Positions 8,939 through 17,365 of a DNA stretch of 64,000 nt are shown here, piece by piece. The translations under genes were made by a program, and so were the position numbers. This stretch comes from a virus. Its lineage: Duplodnaviria > Caudoviricetes. Position 1 is the first letter of the stretch, and the number at the start of each line of letters is the position of its first letter. The notes beneath the pieces were generated by a model, which was not told the DNA's origin, made no database searches, and saw only the letters and a list, made by a program, of their open reading frames with translations. The DNA is taken from the IMG/VR virus record IMGVR_UViG_3300032038_000044, positions 25,221 through 89,220 of that record, one strand, 5' to 3'.

Positions 8939-9232
8939 TTATCTAATCACGCTCCATTTTATAGGCTCTTCAATCTCAATTTTTACATCAAAGACTACAT
9001 TATACATACCATGATAACAATCATGTATTATATCCAAATCTTCTAAAACTTCTTCATCTGCTTCATTACATACTGTATAGACATTATTATCTGATGTATT
9101 CAAATAACAATTATCAGTAATTTTTAAACATAAAGTATCAGGCTTATCATCCCAGACAAAGAAGCCACAATCTAGCTCATAAAAAGCTTTTCTTTCAATT
9201 TTATTATCCTTTTTCTGTTCAAAATTTAACAT
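8939..9232 (-). CDS. hypothetical protein
   Basis: ORF with AAAGGAG RBS. Confidence 0.65.
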   Translation of the reverse strand: MLNFEQKKDNKIERKAFYELDCGFFVWDDKPDTLCLKITDNCYLNTSDNNVYTVCNEADEEVLEDLDIIHDCYHGMYNVVFDVKIEIEEPIKWSVIR

Positions 9233-9244
9233 ATATTATCTCCT

Positions 9245-9688
9245 TTATTTCTGCTCAATTATATCCATAGGGTCTCTTTCATCTAGAGATAGATGAATAT
9301 TACCATCATAATCTCTTTTAAGATGGAAGTAACCTACTTCATCACACCCATTAGTCATCATAAGTGACTGTAAGTCGTTCTCAATTATCATCAATCTAAC
9401 TGTTTTACCAATGCCATAGGCATATCCACATTCCCAGGCAGTACCTGTGTCTCCATATAGACCATGGCTAATAACCCAGACCTCATCAGCTCGTTGTATA
9501 TCTTCCACATCGTGCTGAAAGACCTTTAGCCCCCATTCCGCATTTGGCATATCCATTCCGCAGTCAACTTCAAAGTCCATTGGGAATATAGGTGTAATAT
9601 CCTCACGGGCGTCAAGTTCTGCTCTAAGGGTCTTTAGAATATCTCTTTCCGTATCATTGAAGAATGGACTAGCAATATATACTACCAT
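9245..9688 (-). CDS. nucleoside 2-deoxyribosyltransferase-like protein
   Basis: VYIASPFFN, DVEDIQRAD, DTGTAWECGYAYGIGK motifs. Confidence 0.85.
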   Translation of the reverse strand: MVVYIASPFFNDTERDILKTLRAELDAREDITPIFPMDFEVDCGMDMPNAEWGLKVFQHDVEDIQRADEVWVISHGLYGDTGTAWECGYAYGIGKTVRLMIIENDLQSLMMTNGCDEVGYFHLKRDYDGNIHLSLDERDPMDIIEQK

Positions 9689-9951
9689 TAGAATAAGCCC
9701 CCTTTCGTAAGCATTAGTGCGAGTGTTAGACCGGTAAATAATACATCCTTAATCTTATCACTCATAGGTCTGTTAAGTGAGAATGTTCTATATGACGCGA
9801 TAATATTCGCTACCAAATAACAACCCTGACCTAACATATAGTTTTTACCAACGAGAACCTGCCCACATATTAGACCTATCATAATAATATAGTTGAGATT
9901 CTCAAATGCGCGTCTTAAACGCTTTGCTTCACTTTCTTTTCTCTTGTTCAT
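9688..9951 (-). CDS. small membrane protein
   Basis: About three hydrophobic segments; stop overlaps the start of the next gene. Confidence 0.6.
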   Translation of the reverse strand: MNKRKESEAKRLRRAFENLNYIIMIGLICGQVLVGKNYMLGQGCYLVANIIASYRTFSLNRPMSDKIKDVLFTGLTLALMLTKGGLF

Positions 9952-9981
9952 ACTTTCTTTTCCTTTCCTTTCTATGTATTT

Positions 9982-10050
9982 ATTGTATCATAGGTTGATG
10001 TGTTTGTCTATTGTGCAAATTGTAGGAAAATGCGGACTTATTTTTGTGCA
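9982..10050. repeat. cassette unit D (degenerate): leftward promoter plus box pair, no hairpin
   Basis: TGTGCAAA at 10012 and TTTGTGCA at 10043-10050. Confidence 0.55.
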
Positions 10051-10068
10051 AAATTTAATTCAATTCCT

Positions 10069-10542
10069 TTATTTATCTTCTTCATTTCTTGCCCATTCTC
10101 CTAACTTCTCTAATATTTCCACAACACGTGGATGTTCATTTGCAAAGTACACAGCCCAAAAGGTTGCCGCCACTTCGTCAGGTAATTTAAAATATTCCGT
10201 CTTTAAAATAGCAACATAGCCATCTATATTATCATCTTCTAAGGCTTCAATAGCTTTTTCAATTTTCTCCTTTTCCGCCATTATTTCTTCCTTTTGTTCA
10301 TCAGATATTCTTGGAAGTGTTATTGAATGACCTATCTCGTGTAATATAGATAAAGCAAAAGGACAATTAACTTTATATCCAAAAGTTGATTCAATATCTT
10401 CATTGAAAGCCCTATCTTGAATTTCATCACAATTTACACGATATGTTAAAGTATCATCATTTTCATCATACTGAAAATCATCTCCCTTAACCACATTCTT
10501 AATATTGAAATTGCGCTGGATGTATAATTCTAATGTATTCAT
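10069..10542 (-). CDS. HExxH zinc-metallopeptidase-like protein (paralogue 1)
   Basis: SILHEIGH plus downstream PDEVAATFWA. Confidence 0.65.
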   Translation of the reverse strand: MNTLELYIQRNFNIKNVVKGDDFQYDENDDTLTYRVNCDEIQDRAFNEDIESTFGYKVNCPFALSILHEIGHSITLPRISDEQKEEIMAEKEKIEKAIEALEDDNIDGYVAILKTEYFKLPDEVAATFWAVYFANEHPRVVEILEKLGEWARNEEDK

Positions 10543-10566
10543 TTACTTATCTCCTTTCCTTATGTA

Positions 10567-10690
10567 TTTATAATACCATAAAATTAAGGAAAATGCAACC
10601 TAAAAAAATGCACAAAATCACATTTGAAATTTTGTTGAAACTGCCTATTGACAAAAAATTTTGCTCGACTCGAATGAAGTCGAGCAACCC
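10567..10690. repeat. cassette unit E (short subtype): boxes, TTGACA without -10, hairpin 10661-10687
   Basis: TTGCTCGAC-N9-GTCGAGCAA, 27 nt. Confidence 0.8.
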
Positions 10691-10710
10691 AAAGGTTGCT
10701 CTTACCTCAA

Positions 10711-11976
10711 TTAGAGTTCATTAATATGAAGATTGATGATTTCATCAATAGCCTCAATCATAGGTACATCTACTGAACTAATATTTACATTGTTTCTATA
10801 TCTAGCTTCAACAGTAGCACCCTGTTCCTTGTTGAAACGGCAAGTTAAATATGATTTATCTGGACTTCCAATCTTTCGTATAAAATAGATATAATTTCTA
10901 CCCTCAAGAATAGAGCCATCATAGTAATAACCAACACAGTTGTTCTGCTGACGACCCTCATCAATCTTTTCAGCTTGGTTCTGTGGTACAATTACTATAT
11001 ACCCATCAAGCTTATGAGTATTAATGAAGTTAAGCTTCTGTAACTGAGCGCTCAGTTCTTTATTTCTAAGATTTTCAAGTAAGTTTTCAGCGTTTCTAAT
11101 ATTTACCCCTAGCGTTCTATTTGTATCTAAAGTGAACTCAAGTTCTTCTTGTCGTAAATCATCTACAACATCTATGAGGTCTCTAAGAAGCTGACTTATA
11201 CCATTTAATCTCTCAAAACATATTGTATTTTCAATTACTTTTAATAATTGACTAGGTGGTAATATATCAACCATATTTTTATAATTGTTTCTTATATCAA
11301 GACACTGAAAGATAAAACCTCTCTCTTTAGCTGAATAGTTAGAATAATCTCTATCCACCTGACACCTAGAAATAGCTATGCGCCAATTTCTACCATGTAT
11401 ATCTAAATACCTAGAAAAATTTTTAGGCATAACTTTTGGGTCAAAATTGTTACTTTTTAGTTCTTCTATAATAGATTTAACTTCTGTAAAGCTAGTTGCA
11501 TAATTGAAAATCCATTCATAATCAAATAATTTAATAATATCATCAAAAGAATTAAAACCACAATCAACAGTCATTCTGTAATTACCAAAGTCATTTTCTT
11601 TTGTGATAAAATCATAAGAAAACCGTCTAATCATGTGCATATTTTGAGCTTCAAAATTTAATATGTTCTTATTTTTATAAAATGACCTATAAGGATTAAC
11701 TATAGCTATATCTTTAACTATCTCATGTAATGACTTCTTATTTGGGTCATGGTCAACTATATATTTAATAGGAGACGGATATTGTACCTTATATTCAACC
11801 TGAAGTCTCTCAAGACTTGCCTTTATTGCTGGAGCATTAACACTACTATGGTCTAACTGTTTACAACAACTCATAGAAAATAATGCAACATCAGTTGTAG
11901 TAAAATCATTTACTCTTGAAATGATTACCTTTAACATATTATCCAATTCTTTCTTTTCATAATAATTTAATCCCAT
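10711..11976 (-). CDS. PcfJ-like domain protein
   Basis: C-terminal IIVPQNQAEKIDEGRQQNNCVGYY...IYFIRK...LTC pattern. Confidence 0.7.
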   Translation of the reverse strand: MGLNYYEKKELDNMLKVIISRVNDFTTTDVALFSMSCCKQLDHSSVNAPAIKASLERLQVEYKVQYPSPIKYIVDHDPNKKSLHEIVKDIAIVNPYRSFYKNKNILNFEAQNMHMIRRFSYDFITKENDFGNYRMTVDCGFNSFDDIIKLFDYEWIFNYATSFTEVKSIIEELKSNNFDPKVMPKNFSRYLDIHGRNWRIAISRCQVDRDYSNYSAKERGFIFQCLDIRNNYKNMVDILPPSQLLKVIENTICFERLNGISQLLRDLIDVVDDLRQEELEFTLDTNRTLGVNIRNAENLLENLRNKELSAQLQKLNFINTHKLDGYIVIVPQNQAEKIDEGRQQNNCVGYYYDGSILEGRNYIYFIRKIGSPDKSYLTCRFNKEQGATVEARYRNNVNISSVDVPMIEAIDEIINLHINEL

Positions 11977-12037
11977 TTTTTATTACCTATTTCCTTTCTT
12001 TTCTTGTAAAGATTTCTTACCTCTTCCTTATGTATTC

Positions 12038-12190
12038 ATTATACTACCTCTACCCTCTAATGTCAAACAAAAAAATGCACAAATTGCGGGAAAACTTTTT
12101 GACATTTTTTATGCAAATTTCCTCTTGACAAAACCGCCTAGGTGTGGTACAATGTTGAATATTGGTCGCGACGCGCGCTAGCGACCAACG
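12038..12190. repeat. cassette unit F: divergent promoters, boxes 12076-12115, hairpin 12162-12188
   Basis: TTGACA 12125, TACAAT 12148. Confidence 0.85.
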
Positions 12191-12199
12191 CAATAAAAA

Positions 12200-12500
12200 A
12201 TAGCCACTATCCACCTATTGCAATCAGTGAATAATGACTATTAGTGCGTGGTAGCCAACCACTAGTATGCTCTTCAGCGCTATTAACCTATAACTAGGGC
12301 AGGTTTCGTCACGCAAGAAACCTACAAACTGCCTCAGTGACTTTAGCGAACACTGCTCCGCTGCCCCTATCTTATCCAAGTTGGCTAACGCTTGGATAAC
12401 TGCTACTGTCAAGAAGTGTGAGGATTCGGACCTCTAATCCCATATATGACACCCCTAGTTTGTAAGGGGTAGGTAGTCATTCCTACCCCTAGCACCTATG
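12200..12500 (-). ncRNA. candidate structured ncRNA/3' UTR containing a tRNA-like minihelix (12412-12456) and a predicted kissing loop
   Basis: 300 nt with no credible ORF, at least 5 hairpins, T-loop GAGG-TCCGAAT-CCTC stacked on an 8-bp stem. Confidence 0.6.
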
Positions 12501-12504
12501 AAGA

Positions 12505-12837
12505 TTACTCTGCGAGAGAGTAAGCTGACTTCTTAGCATCCTTTACGACCTTACCAGCCTTAATAAGTCTACCAAGAGAAGCTGTTACCTTTGGAACTGA
12601 GCCAAATGCTTCGACATCCTTTGCAAAGATATTTGTTGGTGACATAGGCTCTGTACCAAGTACGGCAAGTACCTTTTCATCAATATTAGCCTGAGCCTCA
12701 GCTACCTTTTCAGACTTACCTGAATACTTCTTCACGATAGACTCCTTGAGTGCCTCAAGACGCTCCTTAACCTCTGCATCATCAACAACCTCAATTGCTT
12801 TCTCAAGTGCTACTTTGTACGAAATTTTCTTTTCCAT
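12505..12837 (-). CDS. small basic protein with C-terminal winged-helix-like domain (paralogue 1)
   Basis: MSPTNIF...VPKVTASLGRLIKAGKVVK wHTH-like pattern; preceded by stacked promoters. Confidence 0.7.
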   Translation of the reverse strand: MEKKISYKVALEKAIEVVDDAEVKERLEALKESIVKKYSGKSEKVAEAQANIDEKVLAVLGTEPMSPTNIFAKDVEAFGSVPKVTASLGRLIKAGKVVKDAKKSAYSLAE

Positions 12838-12923
12838 AGTTTTTTCTTCCTTTCTTTTTTGAAAAATGTTTTTGTTTCTTTACATCTTTATTATATCAGA
12901 TGTTTTTTACTTTGTCAAGAGGT

Positions 12924-12969
12924 TTTTTGAAATTGTTTTCAAATCTCACTTTGGATTTGTTATCTTTTC
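12924..12969. repeat. 46/47-bp repeat copy 1 (copy 2 at 24140-24186)
   Basis: 43 identical nt around a 3-4 nt variable core. Confidence 0.85.
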
Positions 12970-13077
12970 TTTACCTCTTTACATTTACTATTATAGCAAA
13001 TGTTTTGAAGTTTGTCAAGAACTTTTTTTATTTTTTTAATTTTTATTTTTAAGTTCTTTCCTTCACTTCTTGATTAA

Positions 13078-13231
13078 ATTATAGCAAAAAATTTTTCAAA
13101 TTACAATTAGTAATGTTGCACAAATTTTAGGAAAAGCCATTGAAAAATTTTGTGCAATTTTTCACTTGACAAAAAGCCTGGGAGTGTGGTATAATGGAAA
13201 TATTGCGCGTTTCTTGAGAAAACGCGCAACC
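13078..13231. repeat. cassette unit G: boxes 13117-13156, hairpin 13203-13229
   Basis: TTGACA 13166, TATAAT 13190. Confidence 0.85.
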
Positions 13232-13259
13232 AAATAAAAAAGAGGGGTTACCCCCCTCT

Positions 13260-13460
13260 TTATCTGTATGTAACACACATAATCTGTTCTATATCAATGT
13301 AAAGTGGCATACTACCTTTAAGCCCTTCAAACGAATAACCAGTAATCCTGCCATTAGTAAGGTCTACCTTAGCATAATTACAACGTATGCGCAAAGACTT
13401 TCCATTTTTAAAAATGATTAATGCACTTTTTATCTTTTTATCTTTCTTTTTACCAAACAT
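13260..13460 (-). CDS. hypothetical protein
   Basis: ORF, stop/start overlap with upstream gene. Confidence 0.6.
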   Translation of the reverse strand: MFGKKKDKKIKSALIIFKNGKSLRIRCNYAKVDLTNGRITGYSFEGLKGSMPLYIDIEQIMCVTYR

Positions 13461-13972
13461 TAAAACATTCCTTCAAATCCAATAAGTTTAGCAAATTTTT
13501 TTGGCTCTTTTTGAATAAATCCATTATCCTGAAGAAACTCTTTACACTCTTCAATAGGTAGTCTTGATACTACCATATCTAATGTCCAATGCTCTAATAC
13601 TATTACTTCTTTTTTGAATTGAAAAACATCATAAGGCTTAAACTTTGTAGTATATATACCAAAGTCATCAAACTCAGCATAGTATTTTGGTTTACTTGAG
13701 AATAAACCAAATTTAACTTTTTTAGAAATGGTTATTTCTAATTTTTGCTCTAAAGCTGTTTTCCAATTAAAATAATCGTGGGCGGTATTATAATCACTTA
13801 TATCTATACCAAGACCAAATAATTCTTTAGCAGGAATTAATTTTGTATCGAAGCTCTCTGGTATTTCTCCATAGCGTGTTTTTGTTGTAATTATGCTATC
13901 AACCCAATCTGATGAAATAAATTCACCATTTTTTAAAAGTTTAATTTCTGTATAATAAATTCCTTTACTCAT
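13460..13972 (-). CDS. hypothetical protein
   Basis: ORF overlapping neighbours. Confidence 0.65.
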   Translation of the reverse strand: MSKGIYYTEIKLLKNGEFISSDWVDSIITTKTRYGEIPESFDTKLIPAKELFGLGIDISDYNTAHDYFNWKTALEQKLEITISKKVKFGLFSSKPKYYAEFDDFGIYTTKFKPYDVFQFKKEVIVLEHWTLDMVVSRLPIEECKEFLQDNGFIQKEPKKFAKLIGFEGMF

Positions 13973-14153
13973 ATTCCCTTATTTCCTTTCTTAATTTATC
14001 GCGGCGGCGACCCTTGCGCCCAGTCTTGTACTTTTCAGAGACCCAAGCGCCGTTTCCGCATTGGTATGGATTGAATTTTTCCATATCTATAAGTGACTTT
14101 TCAATACTATCCATCACTTGAATTGTTTCTCTTCTTTTTCTCTTGTGAGCCAT
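13965..14153 (-). CDS. small basic hypothetical protein (start revised to MAHKRK)
   Basis: AAGGAGATAAGGTTATG leader. Confidence 0.6.
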   Translation of the reverse strand: MAHKRKRRETIQVMDSIEKSLIDMEKFNPYQCGNGAWVSEKYKTGRKGRRRDKLRKEIREYE

Positions 14154-14194
14154 AACCTTATCTCCTTTACATTTATAATTATAGCATAATGCTT

Positions 14195-14707
14195 TTACTC
14201 TGTCAAGCACTTTCTATAAAATCTTTTTAATTCTTTTTTGATAAGATTGTCAAAGTGTAACACTTCTTTTCTGTTGTTGTGGATGTAGTCACAAGCCCAC
14301 TGAGTAGCCATAAGCTCATCAGCCAAGTGCCAGTAGTAGTTACCTATACTTGGTGTCCATTTTGGTTGCTTACTTAACATTTCCTTTACTTCATTACAGT
14401 AATCATCTTCACTACTTGTAAGATAATTCTGTGTCATAATGTGACCTACTTCGTGTAATAATGAAAGGGTAAAAATGTCAACACCATCAATGTTAAATTC
14501 TTCTTTTACAAAGTCCTTAAAAGCCTCGTCAGCTTTATTCTTCATAAGAACAGTATAGAATATTGTATTTGCATCATCGTGGCAACAACATAAGAAATCA
14601 TAACTGATTCCACCGCTATTACAACCAAAAGAAGTGATGTATCTATCGACAACCCTTGTAACCTTATGAAGTTCTTTACTAACCTTATTATCTATTCTCT
14701 TACTCAT
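14195..14707 (-). CDS. HExxH zinc-metallopeptidase-like protein (paralogue 2)
   Basis: SLLHEVGH plus ADELMATQWA. Confidence 0.65.
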   Translation of the reverse strand: MSKRIDNKVSKELHKVTRVVDRYITSFGCNSGGISYDFLCCCHDDANTIFYTVLMKNKADEAFKDFVKEEFNIDGVDIFTLSLLHEVGHIMTQNYLTSSEDDYCNEVKEMLSKQPKWTPSIGNYYWHLADELMATQWACDYIHNNRKEVLHFDNLIKKELKRFYRKCLTE

Positions 14708-14734
14708 AGGTCTTATCTCCTTCCTTATGTAATC

Positions 14735-14855
14735 ATTGTACTATGAATTGAGGGAATTGTCTAGTCGTCAGATTGCACAAAGTTCAAATCAAAAATTTGT
14801 TGAAATTGCCTATTGACATGAAATACTGTCCGGCGCGCTTGACGTCGGACAGCCC
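14735..14855. repeat. cassette unit H (short subtype): boxes, TTGACA without -10, hairpin 14826-14852
   Basis: CTGTCCG...CGGACAG, 27 nt. Confidence 0.8.
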
Positions 14856-14924
14856 AAACCATCAAAGCCCCCTACATTGCGTAGGGGGCTCTGAAAGGAA
14901 GGTATAAGGTTTTTCGTGTTAGAA

Positions 14925-14978
14925 AAGTGGGGAGGGGAGTTGCACCCCTCTAGCTAGGACTTTCTTCCTCGCCCACCT
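14925..14978 (-). ncRNA. tRNA-like element lacking an anticodon arm (54 nt)
   Basis: AGGTGGG/CCCACTT acceptor-like stem, AGGA-AGAAAG-TCCT hairpin, GAGGGG-TGCAACT-CCCCTC T-arm. Confidence 0.6.
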
Positions 14979-14983
14979 AGACA

Positions 14984-15322
14984 TTAGACAAGCTTGTAGC
15001 CTGTCTTTTTACCACTGATAGCAACCTTTTCAGCCTTGCCATCTGCAACAAGTCTTGTAAGTGATGCAGTAACCTTTGGTACTGAACCAAGTGCCTCAGC
15101 ATCCTTTGCGAAGATTGCAGTTGCTGACTGTGGCTCATCAGTAAGGACTGCAAGAACTGCCTCATCAACTGCTGACTGAGCCTGAGCGACCTTTTCTGAC
15201 TTTCCTGAATACTTCTTGACGATTGATTCCTTGAGAGCCTCTAATCTCTCCCTTACTTCCCCGTCTGCTACTTCCTCGATTGCCTTTTCAAGTGCTACCT
15301 TGTAACTCATTTTCTTCTCCAT
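14984..15322 (-). CDS. small basic winged-helix-like protein (paralogue 2)
   Basis: Clearly homologous to 12505-12837 (MEKK.SYKVALEKAIE, SVPKVTASL). Confidence 0.7.
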   Translation of the reverse strand: MEKKMSYKVALEKAIEEVADGEVRERLEALKESIVKKYSGKSEKVAQAQSAVDEAVLAVLTDEPQSATAIFAKDAEALGSVPKVTASLTRLVADGKAEKVAISGKKTGYKLV

Positions 15323-15527
15323 TTTTAATTACCTCTCTTTCTTTTTTAATGGATTTCTTTTTGTTTACATCTTTATTATAGCAAATTTTTTTAAGTCTGT
15401 CAACACTTTTTTTTATTTTTTTTAACAGACTTTAGAGGACTGTCAACCACCTAAAACAGTTAGCGTAGCCAACTTCCCACCGACCATCCTAGTAGTGCGG
15501 TTTCCGCATTTCCTCTTTACATTTATA

Positions 15528-15681
15528 AGTATAACAAATTTTAATTTTCTTTTCTATTGTTAAAATACACAAATTATAGGAAAAATCTTGGCTGTTTTTT
15601 GTGCAATTTTACTCTTGACAAAACTGCCAGGGTATGTTATAATGGTGAATACTGGGCATTTTGCGCGAAAATGCCCAGCCC
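15528..15681. repeat. cassette unit I: boxes 15566-15605, hairpin 15652-15678
   Basis: TTGACA 15615, TATAAT 15638. Confidence 0.85.
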
Positions 15682-15702
15682 ACTAAAGGCTAGGCATTGG
15701 AT

Positions 15703-16071
15703 TTAATCATCATAGCTAAAGTAGTAAACATCAACAACCTTTGTTTTCTCGAATCTTTCTCCATCCTCAGAAGTATAAACTACTGTTTCTTGTTTGCAAT
15801 CACAATAACTTTTTTTAAGTCTTACCCTTTTATCTGGAAAGGCTTTCATTAAGGCTTTTCCAATTAAACTGAGTCTTTCTTTAGGATTAAAACTACGGTC
15901 ATTGTCAATACTATTTTCTATTGTTTTTGATAGAACATAGTTACCAGTAAGTTTTGAAATATCTCTAGCAGTAAAATTCTGTGTATCGTCATTTTTTAGT
16001 TTCTTTAATGCAGATACTAATAAATCTAGTGTTTTTTCATTTATTTCTCTTAATGCTGTTCTTCTACTCAT
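15703..16071 (-). CDS. hypothetical protein, possible wHTH (start probably MSRR; track start 16098)
   Basis: FTARDISKLTG segment; GAAGAGG RBS. Confidence 0.55.
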   Translation of the reverse strand: MSRRTALREINEKTLDLLVSALKKLKNDDTQNFTARDISKLTGNYVLSKTIENSIDNDRSFNPKERLSLIGKALMKAFPDKRVRLKKSYCDCKQETVVYTSEDGERFEKTKVVDVYYFSYDD

Positions 16072-16630
16072 CCTCTTCACACTCCTCTTCATTATCATTA
16101 TACACTTCTTTTACTTTTTTTACAGCGCAAAAACAGTGTTCACTCTTACCTCTAAAAAGTACACTTCCATCATCGCCATAATATTTCTTTTTATTTGGCT
16201 TTAACTTGTATGTTACTTCATAACCGAGTTCTTCACTCTTCCAATAAGGAAGTTCACTTTGATGTATAAGTTTGCGCTCAAGTGTTTTAAGAGAAGTGAA
16301 ACTAATGTTTGCATTTTTATAAATCTCTTCCGGTGTAAAATACTCGCTAGGATTCTTTGCTAAAAATTCAAGACATTTTTTGTTTTCATCCTTAAGTATC
16401 ATACCTATGTACTCTGTAATCTCTGCCTCATTCATCTTAGTTAATAATGAAATAGTTGCAGGTTCAATATCATCTTCACCAACCCAAGCAGAAAAATTAT
16501 CATCTTCTACTAAATATTCTACCCTATATGTATATTCAGTATCAGTAATTTTGACAATTTGCCCCTCTAATAATCTACCTATTGACCTTGTCATAATAAC
16601 TTCGTCATTTACTTCATATTGAATTTTCAT
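16064..16630 (-). CDS. hypothetical protein, SH3-like N-terminus plus possible wHTH (start revised to MKIQYEV)
   Basis: YEVNDEV...GQIVKI...YRVEY pattern; FTPEEIY segment. Confidence 0.55.
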   Translation of the reverse strand: MKIQYEVNDEVIMTRSIGRLLEGQIVKITDTEYTYRVEYLVEDDNFSAWVGEDDIEPATISLLTKMNEAEITEYIGMILKDENKKCLEFLAKNPSEYFTPEEIYKNANISFTSLKTLERKLIHQSELPYWKSEELGYEVTYKLKPNKKKYYGDDGSVLFRGKSEHCFCAVKKVKEVYNDNEEECEEDE

Positions 16631-16683
16631 ATTTTTTACCTTTTCCTTTCTTTCCTTTATTATACGCTCTTGGCTTGAGGTTG

Positions 16684-17145
16684 TCAAGCCAATTTGCGTA
16701 AAATTTCAATAATATTTTCATTTGCATCAATGGTGTCGCCATTTTTCCAATTAACTCGGTTTGGTTCTTCATCATCAACTAAGATGCCTGTACCATATCT
16801 CTCACAGATAGCACTCTTATCAGTTCCGTATGGAACTATGATGACTTCATCAAGTAAGTCCATTATGAGATACTTTCTTAACCAATTCCTCTTTGCAAGG
16901 TCTATCTGCTGAGCATATATCTTATCACAACTTCTTGATAACCAAGATATAACTCCTAACTTATATCCCTTTGACTTGAGGTCAGCGAGAACTTCCAAGA
17001 ACTCAACAAGAGGATAGATAACCTTTGCTTTAACGTATGGGCGGACACGCTTGTTATTGAGGTCGTCTAACCAACCATCTACACCATAGAAGTCAGCGAG
17101 TGTACCATCCATATCAAACCATACCCATTTGCTTTCCTTATTCAT
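16684..17145 (-). CDS. HAD-superfamily phosphatase, 5'(3')-deoxyribonucleotidase-like
   Basis: Motif I WFDMDGTLADF, motif IV ILVDD. Confidence 0.8.
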   Translation of the reverse strand: MNKESKWVWFDMDGTLADFYGVDGWLDDLNNKRVRPYVKAKVIYPLVEFLEVLADLKSKGYKLGVISWLSRSCDKIYAQQIDLAKRNWLRKYLIMDLLDEVIIVPYGTDKSAICERYGTGILVDDEEPNRVNWKNGDTIDANENIIEILRKLA

Positions 17146-17178
17146 AACCCTTATCTCCTTTCCTTATCTTATGTACTC

Positions 17179-17342
17179 ATTATATACCCTTACACCCTAC
17201 CCCGTCAAGCATTTTCACATAAAAAATTGCACAAAATGCGGGAATGGCGGCGAGGGAACTTTGTGCAAGATTACCATTGACAAAACACCAAAGGGGTGGT
17301 ATAATTGAAAATACTGCCCGTTTGGAATGCGAACGGGCAGCC
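17179..17342. repeat. cassette unit J: boxes 17228-17267, hairpin 17314-17340
   Basis: TTGACA 17277, TATAAT 17300. Confidence 0.85.
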
Positions 17343-17365
17343 AATCACTCAAAAAAGGGGTAGAC

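Noticed and set aside
12270-12345. Hammerhead ribozyme (CTGAGGC...GAAAC on the minus strand)
   Set aside because: CUGANGA is mismatched, no stem II or adjacent stem I can be formed, and GAAAC pairs better with the upstream GTTTC
12412-14978. Canonical tRNA or tmRNA genes
   Set aside because: No anticodon arm or CCA, and no tag ORF or split TLD architecture; reported as tRNA-like instead
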